DNA of 64,000 bases from Bacteroidota bacterium (GCA_003151815.1 PLYN01000024.1:19917-83916), one strand, 5' to 3'. Shown: positions 1 through 11,843, counted from the stretch's first letter. Program-made: numbers and translations. Notes: generated from the letters alone by a model not told the origin.

Positions 1-539
1 CTTGAATAACCAAGCCCATATTCGCGATAATGTGTAAAATCTATTCCAAAATTAAAATTTACATCTTGTCCCAAAAGTCCACCATTTCCTTGTCCGATAA
101 ATTGCATAAAACCTTTTGGGTAGCGAAAGCTAAAATTTGCTTTTTCGGTAATATTAAAACTGAAGTAATTTTTTTTAACAGCAAAACCAAATGAAAGTAT
201 GTCGATTTGTAAAGCTGTTGTTAGGTAATTATTGGCTTTTAACTTGCTAAGCATATTGTTATAATCAACATATAAAGAATCTTTATACCGAGGATCATTA
301 TTATAATGCTTCACAAGATCGGAATATTTGAAGCCGCTGTTACTTAGATTAAAATAGGTTGAAGAAATAACAGGTAATCCAATGTTTACCTTGCTGTAGG
401 CAGGAAAAAATGCCGGATTGACTGACAATCGTTGGGGATTCATTTCCATATTGTATAAGGTAAGGTCTTGTTGTGCGGACAAGGTATAGCTCCATATAAA
501 GCCAATTGAAAGGAGGAGATAATGAGTAATTTTTTTCAT
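1..539 (-). CDS. DUF5723-like outer-membrane beta-barrel protein (3' part runs off the window)
   Basis: Translated by hand from ATG at 539: MKKITHYLLLSIGFIWSYTLSAQQDLTLYNMEMNPQRLSVNPAFFPAYSKVNIGLPVIS. Signal peptide plus an N-terminal 'NPA...IGLP' motif typical of DUF5723. Not in the ORF track because it is truncated. Confidence 0.7.
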   Translation of the reverse strand, partial: MKKITHYLLLSIGFIWSYTLSAQQDLTLYNMEMNPQRLSVNPAFFPAYSKVNIGLPVISSTYFNLSNSGFKYSDLVKHYNNDPRYKDSLYVDYNNMLSKLKANNYLTTALQIDILSFGFAVKKNYFSFNITEKANFSFRYPKGFMQFIGQGNGGLLGQDVNFNFGIDFTHYREYGLGYS

Positions 540-582
540 AAAAACGTTTAAGAATTAATTTTTGATTAAATTAAATAGAAGA

Positions 583-2247
583 TTATCGTTTAATTTGAAC
601 ATGCATTTGTACTTGTACACCAAGTTTAAAATCCAGTTTATAATCCGAATAAATTTTCACATCCGTTGCGCCCGAATTGGTGGTATTAGCAATTGCTTTT
701 ATAACAAGATTTTTTGCGTTTTTTAATTTTAATAACCTCGCTTTGTCAACTGTAGCATCAAATATTGTTGATGTAGGTGAAGTTACAAGTCCTGTGGTAG
801 CGTTAACAACACCTGATTTTAATAATATCTGGTTGGGAGATACCAAGGAGTCGAGCACATTATAAAGACTATCTACAAAGTAAACTTGTAAGTCGATATC
901 CATCGGAAATCCATTAGAATTGTAGGTTCTGATTAAACCGGATTGAACCTGATCGGGAATACTCTGGCTAAATGTAAAAGGGATAGAATCAACTAACAAA
1001 AAGTTTTTGGCGGTGCCATATAAAGGGAGATCAAATTCAACATCCATTTTAAACTGACTTGAGTCAATAATAAAATTGTGTTGCGTAGCACCTGCAGGGT
1101 TCGTATGCGCATCCACTTTATAAACTATTTTTTTCGGTGTGTTGTTTATAATTGTTGCAATGTTACTGCCATTGGCGGTATTCAATGAAAAAGAGTCAAC
1201 CAGTATTTGACCCACCTGATTTATATTAGGACTGTGAATTGGAATCGGGCTAGGTAACCCGGTAATGGGATAAAAATTTACGCCGGGGTTATATCCTTCA
1301 AATACGGGAATTCTAAAATCAATAGGCATCCCATAAGAATTGGAGATAGTTACTTTTACAGTAGGATCTTTTAAAGTAAAAGATGCTGCACCCGCTGCAT
1401 TTGTAAAAACACTAAGATCAATGGTGTCGGAAGGTATTGATAAATCCTGCTGACCAATATATCCAAATAATTTTGAAAATTGCATGTTGACCATGGATAA
1501 GGAAACAGCAATCTGATCGGAGTTCGAAGCAGCAGTGGTTGAACCGTTAAAAGTTACAGCATAATTGATAACAAATTGGTTATAAGGGGCTCCACCTTGA
1601 GTTAAATCCAGGTCATAGCCGGTTAAGTCATAATTTGAATCCGCCAGAACAGGAACAGTGTTGGTATAGTTTAAAGGAAGTATCTTTGAAAAAGCGATGC
1701 CTTTCTTTTTTAATTTTGGAATTGTTATCAATATGGATCCGCTGTTATGAAGGTCGGAAGCAAATGAGAAAACAAAAATTCCTGCTTTATATGTTATTGA
1801 ATCAATTAAAGGACCGGCAACACCCGAACCAAATGGAACAGTTTGGCTATTATTAACTGTAAAAACACTGCCTACATTGAAAGGAACCGGCAAGGCAGCA
1901 CCAATGGGCGCAGAAAATGGTAAGGTTTGGTCGGGAAGATTTACCAAATCGGATGCATTCATGGAGAACAAGCTGCTTTTGTAAACAAGGGTCAATGACT
2001 TATCGGCGGCTTCAACTACCAAAGCCTGACCTCCGGTGTTATTAAGCATATCTTTAATACTTAACGAAGAATATACTAATGGTGCAGCAACATTAGGATC
2101 CCATTGCACAGTAGCAATTTTGTTAATTTGGAAGTTGTCTTTCACGCAGGATTGCAATGTAGAAATTAGTATTGCAACAATAAGCAATGATGAAGAAGTC
2201 CCGTGTTTTAATTTATTTTTGATAATTTTTTTCATGGTTTTTAACAT
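583..2247 (-). CDS. Large beta-rich lipoprotein, probable partner of the downstream barrel
   Basis: 554 aa ORF; hydrophobic stretch ending in lipobox LQS-C; beta-strand-rich sequence. Confidence 0.7.
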   Translation of the reverse strand: MLKTMKKIIKNKLKHGTSSSLLIVAILISTLQSCVKDNFQINKIATVQWDPNVAAPLVYSSLSIKDMLNNTGGQALVVEAADKSLTLVYKSSLFSMNASDLVNLPDQTLPFSAPIGAALPVPFNVGSVFTVNNSQTVPFGSGVAGPLIDSITYKAGIFVFSFASDLHNSGSILITIPKLKKKGIAFSKILPLNYTNTVPVLADSNYDLTGYDLDLTQGGAPYNQFVINYAVTFNGSTTAASNSDQIAVSLSMVNMQFSKLFGYIGQQDLSIPSDTIDLSVFTNAAGAASFTLKDPTVKVTISNSYGMPIDFRIPVFEGYNPGVNFYPITGLPSPIPIHSPNINQVGQILVDSFSLNTANGSNIATIINNTPKKIVYKVDAHTNPAGATQHNFIIDSSQFKMDVEFDLPLYGTAKNFLLVDSIPFTFSQSIPDQVQSGLIRTYNSNGFPMDIDLQVYFVDSLYNVLDSLVSPNQILLKSGVVNATTGLVTSPTSTIFDATVDKARLLKLKNAKNLVIKAIANTTNSGATDVKIYSDYKLDFKLGVQVQMHVQIKR

Positions 2248-2305
2248 TTTTTGGGAATGCTAAAATATGAATTTTATCAATTAGTTGCACTTTTTCTTTA
2301 TAAGA

Positions 2306-5041
2306 TTATTCCAGTTGGTAAACATAAATGCTATTGTCTGAACTGCCTGTAATGAGGTTGAATAAGCCTTCATTGTTGAGGTCGCCAATGCTAAAAGCTG
2401 TTTTTCCTGTAATGGGGAAACCTTTGTATAAGGAACCGTTATCGTTAAATAAATAGATCTCGTTTTTTGTTTTTGAAACTACTCCTATCTTTCCTTTTCC
2501 ATCAGGAAAAATGAAAAATAAAATGTTTGGACTTACACTTTCTTTGAATTCGTATTTAAAGAGCAGGGATTTATCCTTCGAAAATACTTTTAATACATTA
2601 TTGGTAAGAAAAATGTATTCTTTCGTTTTATCGTTATTGATGTCTTTATAATCAAAGACTGGAGATGAATCAAAATTTTGTATTTTAATTCGTTCCTTGT
2701 CGCCCGATAAATTTACTTTAATCACATTTCCTAATGTATCTGCAGCAACAATATATGTATTGCTTTCATTTTTTCCTGTTTCAATATAAAAATTACGGAT
2801 GCCATGCGCCAAACCTTCTTTCATTTTAATTTGCGTTTTCCCGCGTCGGTCGAATAGATATATTTTTCCTTTTTCATCAATAGCACATAAATAATCTTTG
2901 TTGTTAATATTAAAATATTGAAGTGGCAAATGCACATTGTTATTTGTTTTATCGAACTTGAAGGTTGTAACTTCTTCTCCATTTGTTTTATAGCAGAGGA
3001 TTTTATCAGATGAGCATGCAACAAAAATACGATAATCGCGATTTTTTTCATAATCAAACAGAGCAATAGGATTAGTTGCAGGTGATTTTAATTTGATTGG
3101 AAAACCTCTCGTATCTTTTCCATTTCTATCGAAAAGGTATATCGCATTTTTTGTGTTAAACAACATTTGTAATTTGTTATTTTTAAAAGCATCTATTTGA
3201 ATAATATCGCTCACTATTTTTTCATGCAGTTGTTTTGTCCAGATAATTTTTCCTGTATTGCTGATAAGATAAATTTTATTGGCATCGTCCTGCACCAATA
3301 TTTCTTTGGCTTTTGTTATGTGATTTGTAACAAGATACGGCTTGGAACTTACAGTGGTATCTAATTTCGATTCCCAGATGGTGCCGCTCTCTTGTTTATA
3401 AAGAGGATTGTATTTTAAATAAATATTGCTGTAAAATAATTTATTACTGGCAGTAAATTGTAGTCCGACAGCTTCAAATTTGTTAAACACTTCCAATTTA
3501 TTTTCAATGTCTTTTGCTAACTCTTCAGTAACATATGCACTGTATATATTGGTAGAACGGGCTATTGAAGAATATACATATATGTTTGCTTCATTTGAAA
3601 TGTTTTCTGAAAAAGCCTGGTAGTTTTTGTCGTTGCCCAATGTTTTATTCTTTTCAAAGCTATTGATAAAATAGCGCAATGCCTCATCGCTATTAGCAAA
3701 TACAATGTAATCATCAATAGTTGTATAATAGTTATTGGTTATTTTATCGAAAGTCCAACCAAACAATTGAGGTAGAATGTTAGGTAAATTTAAGTGTGTG
3801 ATGAGGTGATTTCGATAGCTTGTCGTATCTAATTTTACATGATCTGTTTTACTAATGGAATCAGCCAAGCCATTTAATGTATTACTGGCATCATCAATGT
3901 TATTGCTATGTATGACAGCATACGAATTCTTTGTATAATTTATGGAAGAAGGTTCGGTAATTACCAATGCCATTTCATTATCAATCCACTCAAGCATGGA
4001 GCGTTCAATATTGATGTGATACTTTTTGTTTAGATCGTCAATGTGTTGTTTATAGCTGGATGAATATTTTTTTGTACTTAAATATTTATGATAATCATGT
4101 TGAAAAGTCTTCGCATTGCTAAGTCCGAAAAATAACAATAACGCGGTTTTCGATGGAATAACTTTTGTTAATTCAATTTGCTGTGGTTTTTGTTTGAGGA
4201 ATAAATTTAAAAAATTGGTAGATGAATCGTTAGCCTGAGTAAATCCGCTTAACATGATTGCATTTGGTTTAATAGTCACATCCCAGCCCGAACAGTCGGC
4301 AAAATCGGTAAGTGTATTGATCTCTTTTTTAACGATTGGAGAAATGAAATTAGTTAGAATGCCAGGAAAATTTTTATAATTGATATATACATTGGCATCT
4401 ACATTTTTTCCTGCCGTGTTTATTACTTTGCTGAAATTTTTGTCGTTTACTATTGAAAGCCCCGATTTTAACTGACGAATACCGGCTTCCACTAAGTTTT
4501 GCTTTGTGCTGATCAGCAAAATTCCTTTTAAAATAACATAACTCAATGAATCTTTTGCGGGATAAATGGTGCCAATATTAACTCCGTCATAATCCCTGTA
4601 AGTTGGTTCTGCGGCATTGTTAACAGCTTTTATAAATTCCTCAAGAGTAGATTTATTGCTGAGATTTGGCAAACTATACACATATAAAAAATCAAATGTA
4701 TTGGCGCCTGAAATGTGCGCTGAAATAAATACCGATCCACTATTTAATAACTTAACAACTGATTTATTCGTGTTAATTAATGAATCTATATAATGCGCTT
4801 GATTATTGAGCTTTGAGAAGGTTTGTGTGTTAAGCAATTCTTCCCAGATAATATTTGTCTGAGATAATTTTTCCCATGTTTTTTTGGACTGCGTGCTTTC
4901 CAAAATAATTGCCGCATTGCTGGGTATGGCATTAATGCCCTCACTTATGGGTGTGTGTATCTCTTTGGTATATGTGAACCAATAGATACCACAAGCAATC
5001 CCGGCTGTTATTAGTATTCCCAAAAATATTTTTTTCCACAT
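2306..5041 (-). CDS. Membrane-anchored conserved Bacteroidota protein (DUF3352-like) with C-terminal beta-propeller repeats
   Basis: 911 aa; N-terminal TM anchor; 'AIP..A.II' start; repeated 'IYL....G' propeller blades and 'KGFPI' motifs. Confidence 0.6.
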   Translation of the reverse strand: MWKKIFLGILITAGIACGIYWFTYTKEIHTPISEGINAIPSNAAIILESTQSKKTWEKLSQTNIIWEELLNTQTFSKLNNQAHYIDSLINTNKSVVKLLNSGSVFISAHISGANTFDFLYVYSLPNLSNKSTLEEFIKAVNNAAEPTYRDYDGVNIGTIYPAKDSLSYVILKGILLISTKQNLVEAGIRQLKSGLSIVNDKNFSKVINTAGKNVDANVYINYKNFPGILTNFISPIVKKEINTLTDFADCSGWDVTIKPNAIMLSGFTQANDSSTNFLNLFLKQKPQQIELTKVIPSKTALLLFFGLSNAKTFQHDYHKYLSTKKYSSSYKQHIDDLNKKYHINIERSMLEWIDNEMALVITEPSSINYTKNSYAVIHSNNIDDASNTLNGLADSISKTDHVKLDTTSYRNHLITHLNLPNILPQLFGWTFDKITNNYYTTIDDYIVFANSDEALRYFINSFEKNKTLGNDKNYQAFSENISNEANIYVYSSIARSTNIYSAYVTEELAKDIENKLEVFNKFEAVGLQFTASNKLFYSNIYLKYNPLYKQESGTIWESKLDTTVSSKPYLVTNHITKAKEILVQDDANKIYLISNTGKIIWTKQLHEKIVSDIIQIDAFKNNKLQMLFNTKNAIYLFDRNGKDTRGFPIKLKSPATNPIALFDYEKNRDYRIFVACSSDKILCYKTNGEEVTTFKFDKTNNNVHLPLQYFNINNKDYLCAIDEKGKIYLFDRRGKTQIKMKEGLAHGIRNFYIETGKNESNTYIVAADTLGNVIKVNLSGDKERIKIQNFDSSPVFDYKDINNDKTKEYIFLTNNVLKVFSKDKSLLFKYEFKESVSPNILFFIFPDGKGKIGVVSKTKNEIYLFNDNGSLYKGFPITGKTAFSIGDLNNEGLFNLITGSSDNSIYVYQLE

Positions 5042-5096
5042 ATTCTATTAAAATAAACTCTAAATTTTAAATTCTAAACTTTCCAAATTTAACTTC

Positions 5097-5681
5097 TTAT
5101 TCGTCATAAACTAAACGAAAACTTTTTCGATGATGTTCGCAAGTTCCATGCTGCATGAGAGCTTCTCTATGCTTTAGAGTAGCATATGCTTTATTGTCTA
5201 TCCAATTATACATTGGGAATTTTATATGTAAGTCATCCATATGGTCATCACGATAGGTTTTTGCTAAAATAGATGCAGCAGCTATACTCAAATACTTTCC
5301 ATCTCCTTCAATGATACAGGTATGAGGAATAGTTTTGTATTTTTTAAAACGATTGCCGTCTATTAATAAACTTTCCGGGATGTGCTTCAATTGCTTAATA
5401 GCCCTATGCATTGCCAGAAAGGAGGCATTCAGAATATTTATTTTATCAATTTCCTTTGCACTTGCTTGTCCAACTGCCCAAGCAATTGCTTCTGCTTCAA
5501 TGATGGGGCGAAGGTGTTTACGTTGTTTATCGCTTAATTTTTTGGAATCATTTAATAGTGAGTTCTTAAAGTTTTTTGGAAGTATCACTGCGGCAGCAAA
5601 TACCGGTCCGGCAAGGCATCCGCGACCGGCTTCATCACAGCCTGCTTCCATTATTTTTTTATCGAAATATTGTTTTAGCAT
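5097..5681 (-). CDS. rnhB: Ribonuclease HII
   Basis: Motifs [46 protein letters not shown]. Start placed at MLKQY (5681), which avoids overlap with the upstream GT. Confidence 0.95.
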   Translation of the reverse strand: MLKQYFDKKIMEAGCDEAGRGCLAGPVFAAAVILPKNFKNSLLNDSKKLSDKQRKHLRPIIEAEAIAWAVGQASAKEIDKINILNASFLAMHRAIKQLKHIPESLLIDGNRFKKYKTIPHTCIIEGDGKYLSIAAASILAKTYRDDHMDDLHIKFPMYNWIDNKAYATLKHREALMQHGTCEHHRKSFRLVYDE

Positions 5682-5686
5682 AAAGT

Positions 5687-6817
5687 TCATCTCATAATTA
5701 CTGCTTTCTCGATACTTTTCCAAAGTGAATCAGCGGTTTTATCCCAACTAAAATCAAGCTTTCTTTTTCTTCCTTTATCGATCAATATTTTACGCATATC
5801 GTCATCCTTATAAATATATAACATCGCGTTGGCCATAGACTCCGTTGAAAATGGATCAACCAGCAGTGCGGCATCTTTTGCTATTTCGGGCATGGATGTT
5901 ACATTGCTTGTAATCACCGGGACATCACAATTCATAGCTTCCAATATCGGTATCCCGAAACCTTCAAAATAGGGTAGGTAGGTCATTGCCAATGCAGAAC
6001 CGATCACATTTTTTAAGTCTTCTGTTGAGAGGCGACCGGTAAAAATTACATCGTCCTTAAATTTCATATTAATGAACGTTCTTTTGATATCACTTGTCCA
6101 GTAATATTTTTCGCCAACGATCACCAGCTTTATAGTACTTGGCAGAGTGCTTTTAAATTTGTCGAATGCTTCAAATAAACGGGAAATATTTTTTCGTGGT
6201 TGTAAAGCGCCAACAAATACAAAGTAATCGCAATTTTGAGAGTATTTTTGTTTGGTTAGTTGTTGCGTTGTTTCGTTGATCGGATGGTATTGATCATTAC
6301 AACCATTATATACTATATCAATTTTTGAAGGATCAATTTGATATTGTTTTATGATATCGTTTTTTGAAAATTCTGAAACAGTTGCGATCCTGCTTGCTTT
6401 CCTCGCAAACTTTGGAAAAAAATGTTTGTAATATTTTCGAACTAAAAAAGGGACATCCTTCGGATAATGTTCGAAATTGAGATCATGGATCACTGCTAAT
6501 TGCTTGACTTTTGCCTTGATTGACATATAACCATCTGGTGAAATAAAAAGGTCGGGACGGTATTGATTTAAAAAATCAGCGACGGAAAATTCGAACCACC
6601 AGTAAAATAAAAAGGGATGGCGTGCCTGTGGTGAAAGGATGATAGGAGTAATGTTGTCGGAAAAAATAAATTCCTGATCAAAATCGCGATCAAATAAAAA
6701 TATAAAATGGACCTCAGGATGATTGGTAGTGATACGTTTGAGTGTTTCATAAGTAAACCAACCAATGCCTTCCAGTTTATTTTTTATTAATAAACGTGTG
6801 TTTACAACTATTTCCAA
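5687..6817 (-). CDS. Glycosyltransferase family 4 (group 1)
   Basis: [32 protein letters not shown] motifs. Confidence 0.9.
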   Translation of the reverse strand: MEIVVNTRLLIKNKLEGIGWFTYETLKRITTNHPEVHFIFLFDRDFDQEFIFSDNITPIILSPQARHPFLFYWWFEFSVADFLNQYRPDLFISPDGYMSIKAKVKQLAVIHDLNFEHYPKDVPFLVRKYYKHFFPKFARKASRIATVSEFSKNDIIKQYQIDPSKIDIVYNGCNDQYHPINETTQQLTKQKYSQNCDYFVFVGALQPRKNISRLFEAFDKFKSTLPSTIKLVIVGEKYYWTSDIKRTFINMKFKDDVIFTGRLSTEDLKNVIGSALAMTYLPYFEGFGIPILEAMNCDVPVITSNVTSMPEIAKDAALLVDPFSTESMANAMLYIYKDDDMRKILIDKGRKRKLDFSWDKTADSLWKSIEKAVIMR

Positions 6818-7020
6818 GGTTTTACTTTTTTTTAATGGAAACGAAATTAAGGATTAAAATGGAGAAGTTAATAAAAAGTTAACAACAGAGAGACCGAGTT
6901 CACAGAGTTTCATAAAGTACTTTTTAGCTATATTCCTTTGTGTTGTCCTTATCTCGATGGTTATTTTATATTCCGGTTTTTAGATAAAATTCTGATAAAA
7001 AATAATACTTTTACCATCTG

Positions 7021-7758
7021 ATGAAAAGCGCAACTAAATATATACTTCATCGGTTATTAGGTTTTAAAAATTACCTTTTTGTTTTTTCTTTGTTTAAAAT
7101 TTACACTTTAAAACAAGATAAAAAAGAAAAAGATTTTTTTCATTTTTTGAGCTTAATACCCGATAACACCGCGGTGCTTGATATAGGTGCTAATATTGGT
7201 ATCATGACCGTTCATCTGGCTCGCTCCTTGGAAAATGTAAAGGTTTATTGTTTTGAACCCATGCCTAACAATATTGCTGCATTTAAGCGCATTGTAAATT
7301 ATTTTAAATTAATTAACATTCAACTTTTTGAATGTGCATTGGGAAACACCGAAGGTGAGGTTGAAATGGTGATGCCGATTATTGATTCCGTGAGGATGCA
7401 AGGATTGAGTCACGTAGTTCATAAAAGCATTTCAGTAAATAATGAAGGCGAACGATTTATTGTTCCTTTGAAAATGTTGGATAATATTGACACTTTGAAG
7501 GATACTTCTCAACGAATAAGTGCCATTAAAATTGATGTAGAAAATTTCGAATATTTTGTTTTGGATGGTGCCAAAAAACTGATAGAAAAAAATAAACCCA
7601 TTGTGTATGCGGAACTGTGGGAAAATGAAAACCGTGAAAAATGTTTTGGTTTATTCCGTAATTTGAATTATAAAGCATTTGTAGTATTCGAAAACAAAAT
7701 GGTTCAATTTGACCATACAAGCCACAAAACTCAAAATTTCATCTTTCTCCCTGCTTAA
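7021..7758 (+). CDS. FkbM-family methyltransferase
   Basis: LDIGANIG, FEP, IKIDVENFE motifs. Confidence 0.9.
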   Translation: MKSATKYILHRLLGFKNYLFVFSLFKIYTLKQDKKEKDFFHFLSLIPDNTAVLDIGANIGIMTVHLARSLENVKVYCFEPMPNNIAAFKRIVNYFKLINIQLFECALGNTEGEVEMVMPIIDSVRMQGLSHVVHKSISVNNEGERFIVPLKMLDNIDTLKDTSQRISAIKIDVENFEYFVLDGAKKLIEKNKPIVYAELWENENREKCFGLFRNLNYKAFVVFENKMVQFDHTSHKTQNFIFLPA

Positions 7759-7776
7759 AATTCTTATTTTTGCCCG

Positions 7777-9222
7777 ATGCAAAAGAAATTTGTAACCAAT
7801 CTTGCTTTTTTACTTTTTATGAACTTGTTCATAAAATCCATTTATATTTTGGGCTTCGACAGAGCCGTTCAAAATGAAGTAGGTGCTGCAAGTTATGGTA
7901 TTTACTACGCAATTTTAAACTTCTCTATTATATTTACTGTGATCCTTGACTTTGGTATCACCAATTTCAATAATAAAAACATTGCTCAAAATAATCATTT
8001 ATTGAGCAAACATTTTTCGGGTTTATTTACTCTGAAAATAGTATTGGCAATTATCTATTTTATTGTTTTGCTGATAACGGGTTTATTAATTGGATATGAT
8101 AACAAACTAATGAAACTATTGTTGGTGCAAGGATTTAATATGTTCTTGTTGGTTTTTATTACTTATTTGCGCTCTAATTTATCCGGATTACATTTGTTTA
8201 AAACGGATGCCATTGTTTCCGTTTTAGATAGATTTATTTTAATAATAATATGCACCATATTGCTTCAAATAGGAGCCTTTAAAAATCCTAACGGCGATGG
8301 CATTATGTATTTTGTATACGCTCAAACATTCGCTTATCTGATAACTGCAATTGTCGCATTTATTCTTATTCTGAGTAAAACACAGGTATTTAAATTTCAA
8401 TGGAACTGGGCATTTTCATTGATGATATTAAAAAAAAGTTTACCATTTGCCATTTTAACATTGTTGATGTCGTCCTATAACCGAATCGATACGGTGATGA
8501 TAGAGCGTATGTTGCCGGATGGGGATGTACAAGTGGGTATCTACGCACAGGCATTTCGTTTGCTCGATGCAACCAATATGATAGCCCTTTTAACAGCAAG
8601 TCAGTTATTACCAATATTTTCCAGAATGTTAAAACACAAGGAGTCTGTTGAATCTTTAGTAAAATTGATCAGCACTTTGCTACTTACACCAGCTATTGTT
8701 ATTGGTGTTGGTTGTGTTTTTTATAATACAGATTTGATGAACTTGCTTTATAAGGTTCATATTGCAGAGTCGGCAAAAATATTCAGTTTACTGATGTTAA
8801 GTTTCATTGCCGTGGCAACTACTTATATTTTCGGAACCTTACTAACAGCAAATGGGAATATGAAACAACTTAATATAATGGCTGCCTTCGGAATGGTATT
8901 AAATATTTCATTGAACTTAATTCTTATCAGACAATTTTCAGCATACGGAGGAGCAATTTCAAGTATAATAACTCAATTTTTAACAGCCATTATTCAGGTA
9001 ATAATTGCACAACGTATTTTTAAATTTAAAGTAAATGTTAAATTGATCAGTACATTAATAATGTTTGCAATAGGAGTTATAGCAATCAATTACGGCTCTA
9101 AATTACTTCAGTTTAACTGGATGGTAAGTTTTGTAATAATGGTTGCATCTTGCGGCTTATGGGCATTTGTTTCCGGGCTCATAAGTATTAAGGGGATTTT
9201 TCGCTTGATTAAATATGGATAG
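7777..9222 (+). CDS. Polysaccharide flippase (Wzx/MOP family)
   Basis: Multi-TM protein with ILDFG, RIDTVMI and VGIYAQAFRL motifs. Confidence 0.85.
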   Translation: MQKKFVTNLAFLLFMNLFIKSIYILGFDRAVQNEVGAASYGIYYAILNFSIIFTVILDFGITNFNNKNIAQNNHLLSKHFSGLFTLKIVLAIIYFIVLLITGLLIGYDNKLMKLLLVQGFNMFLLVFITYLRSNLSGLHLFKTDAIVSVLDRFILIIICTILLQIGAFKNPNGDGIMYFVYAQTFAYLITAIVAFILILSKTQVFKFQWNWAFSLMILKKSLPFAILTLLMSSYNRIDTVMIERMLPDGDVQVGIYAQAFRLLDATNMIALLTASQLLPIFSRMLKHKESVESLVKLISTLLLTPAIVIGVGCVFYNTDLMNLLYKVHIAESAKIFSLLMLSFIAVATTYIFGTLLTANGNMKQLNIMAAFGMVLNISLNLILIRQFSAYGGAISSIITQFLTAIIQVIIAQRIFKFKVNVKLISTLIMFAIGVIAINYGSKLLQFNWMVSFVIMVASCGLWAFVSGLISIKGIFRLIKYG

Positions 9223-9293
9223 GAACCATAATATTTTAAGTAATTTCCCGTTTCATTTATTTTTTTATCCATCCAAAAAATTAGATTTTTATT

Positions 9294-10319
9294 ATGAAAG
9301 AGAACAACAAAACAACCGATGATTTCAACTCGTTAAACGTATTGTTTTTTATTTACAAATGGCGTAAACAACTTATAATTGTTGGTTTGTCAGCAGCCAT
9401 CATTTCGGCAATTGTTGCTTTACTGATACAAGATAAATATAAGTCAACTGTTGTATTATTTCCGGCAACAACCAATTCTATTTCCAAATCATTGCTTAAT
9501 GATAATTACGTGAAAGAGGATGTGTTGCAATTTGGTGAGGAGGAGCAGGCCGAGCAGATGTTGCAAATACTAAATTCGGATGCCTTACGCGGACGAATTA
9601 TCGAAAAGTATCATTTAATGCAACACTACAAAATTGACCCTACTGATAAATACAGTCGTACAAAATTATCGGATGAGTTTGAAAGTAATGTTAGTTTTAA
9701 GCGTACTGAATTCATGTCGGTAAAAATTGATGTAATGGACTGGAATGCAGATACGGCAGCCCTTATCGCTAATGATATAGCTGCTTTGTACGATTCCACA
9801 AAATTAAATATTCAGCGTTCGCGTTCGGTGGCAGCCTTAAAAATTGTAGAAGGAGAATATTTTGCCCGTTTAAAAGAAATAAAAGAGATTACTGATTCAA
9901 TTACAAAAATTAATGAAATGGGATTATTTGGTGGGGAATCCGGAGGTTTATCGGATGGTGATTCTCAGGATGATTTTCAAGGCAAGCAACGTCCTGTTAG
10001 GATTGCAAATGGTGGTAAATCATCGAACGAAAAATTAAGAATAATGGCTAAATATGGAAGCACTTTAGTGGAACTTCAAAATGAAATAAAGCTTTTTCAA
10101 AAACAATTAATTATTATTAAAACTAAATATGAGCAGGCAAAAGTAGACGCTGAACAAATATTACCTCAAAAATTTATTGTCAGCATGGCTTACCCTGCCG
10201 AAAAAAAATCCTATCCGGTACGTTGGTTAATTGTGGCGATTTCAACGATGTCTTCTCTTCTTTTAGCGATCATTTCAATTTTATTAATTGAAAATATTAA
10301 ACAATTTAAAACGGAATAG
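9294..10319 (+). CDS. Wzz/FepE-like polysaccharide chain-length determinant
   Basis: N- and C-terminal TM helices flanking a coiled-coil; YKSTVVLFP and PAEKKSYPVR motifs. Confidence 0.85.
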   Translation: MKENNKTTDDFNSLNVLFFIYKWRKQLIIVGLSAAIISAIVALLIQDKYKSTVVLFPATTNSISKSLLNDNYVKEDVLQFGEEEQAEQMLQILNSDALRGRIIEKYHLMQHYKIDPTDKYSRTKLSDEFESNVSFKRTEFMSVKIDVMDWNADTAALIANDIAALYDSTKLNIQRSRSVAALKIVEGEYFARLKEIKEITDSITKINEMGLFGGESGGLSDGDSQDDFQGKQRPVRIANGGKSSNEKLRIMAKYGSTLVELQNEIKLFQKQLIIIKTKYEQAKVDAEQILPQKFIVSMAYPAEKKSYPVRWLIVAISTMSSLLLAIISILLIENIKQFKTE

Positions 10320-10406
10320 AAGGATGAATTACGATTGGTGATTGTCGCGAATATCCAACTTCATTGATCGTACTTCGTTAATCGTAACTCGTCAATTATT
10401 TTTACT

Positions 10407-11843
10407 TTGTTGGATCAAAAAAATATAAAGTTGTTGTATGCATTAAGTATATCATTTATACTTATTAATGCGGTATGTACGTATTTAGAGTTTTATTATT
10501 TCAATTTAATCCCCGCCGCTTTATTAATAATTCTTTTAGCTCTTTTCTCTTTAGATAAACTTATTTTATTTGTTGTTTTTCTGACACCTTTAGCTGTTAA
10601 CCTTCAGGACCTTGAAGGAGGGCTGGGGCTTAGCTTGCCTACAGAGCCGATTATCTTTGGTATCATGCTTGTTTTCATCTTAAAACAATTACATAAAAAT
10701 ACGATGGACAGCAGGGTGATCAATCATCCCATTACCATTTTTATAATTATTAATTTAATTTGGATTTTTATTACCAGTATTACCAGTGAAATTCCGGTAG
10801 TATCATTTAAGTTTTTGATTTCACGTTTATGGTTTATCATCACTTTTTATTTTTTAGGTATCCGGTTATTTAAGGATTACACTAACATTAAAAAGTTTTT
10901 TTGGCTGTATATTATTTCATTTACCATTGTGATTTTTTATACGCTTTATAATCACTATTTAAGAGGGTTTGCTGAAGAGCCTGCTAATTATGTGATGTCA
11001 CCATTTTATAACGATCATACCATTTATGGAGCAATTATAGCCATGTATTTTCCCGTTCTTATATTCTTCATGATGAATAAAAAATATTCAGCAAGTATTA
11101 AATTTGCTGCATTTTTATTTTCAGTTTGCTTTTTTGCTGCTTTAGTTTTTTCTTATACCCGAGCTGCATGGCTTAGCTTGGTGGTGGCTTTTGGGGCATA
11201 TTGTTTATTATTGTTGCGAGTTAAGTTCCGAACTGTTTTGATCGCTTCTTTATCACTAGGAATTGTTTTTTTTATGTTTCAAACAGAAATTGTAATGAAA
11301 CTTGCAAAAAACAGACAAGATGCTTCACAGGATTTCGATAAACATATTCAGTCAATTTCTAATATTTCTACTGACGCGTCTAATCTTGAACGCTTGAATC
11401 GTTGGGGGGCAGCATTCCGTATGTTTAATGAGCGACCTTTTTTTGGTTGGGGACCGGGCACTTATAGTTTTGAATATGCTCCATTCCAACTTGCGAACGA
11501 TAAAACAATTATTAGCACCAACATGGGTGATAGAGGAAATGCGCATAGTGAATACATTGGACCTTTATGCGAATCGGGTGTATTGGGGGCACTCACCTTT
11601 ATCGCCATTATCATAAGCACTCTTTTTACCGGATTTAGATTGTACTATACGGTAAGTGATACAGAAACAAAAAATATTGTTTTAGTAACCTTACTTGGTT
11701 TTATAACTTACATTGTTCATGGTGCTTTAAATAATTTTTTGGATACCGATAAAGCATCCGTTCCTTTTTGGGGTTTTATTGCAATACTTGTCGCAATAGA
11801 TGTTTATCACAAAAAAATGCAATTTGAAAATGTGTCAATTTGA
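10407..11843 (+). CDS. O-antigen ligase/polymerase family protein
   Basis: Multi-TM; SYTRAAW, ERLNRW, PFFGWGPGTY, NAHSEY motifs. Confidence 0.85.
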   Translation: MLDQKNIKLLYALSISFILINAVCTYLEFYYFNLIPAALLIILLALFSLDKLILFVVFLTPLAVNLQDLEGGLGLSLPTEPIIFGIMLVFILKQLHKNTMDSRVINHPITIFIIINLIWIFITSITSEIPVVSFKFLISRLWFIITFYFLGIRLFKDYTNIKKFFWLYIISFTIVIFYTLYNHYLRGFAEEPANYVMSPFYNDHTIYGAIIAMYFPVLIFFMMNKKYSASIKFAAFLFSVCFFAALVFSYTRAAWLSLVVAFGAYCLLLLRVKFRTVLIASLSLGIVFFMFQTEIVMKLAKNRQDASQDFDKHIQSISNISTDASNLERLNRWGAAFRMFNERPFFGWGPGTYSFEYAPFQLANDKTIISTNMGDRGNAHSEYIGPLCESGVLGALTFIAIIISTLFTGFRLYYTVSDTETKNIVLVTLLGFITYIVHGALNNFLDTDKASVPFWGFIAILVAIDVYHKKMQFENVSI

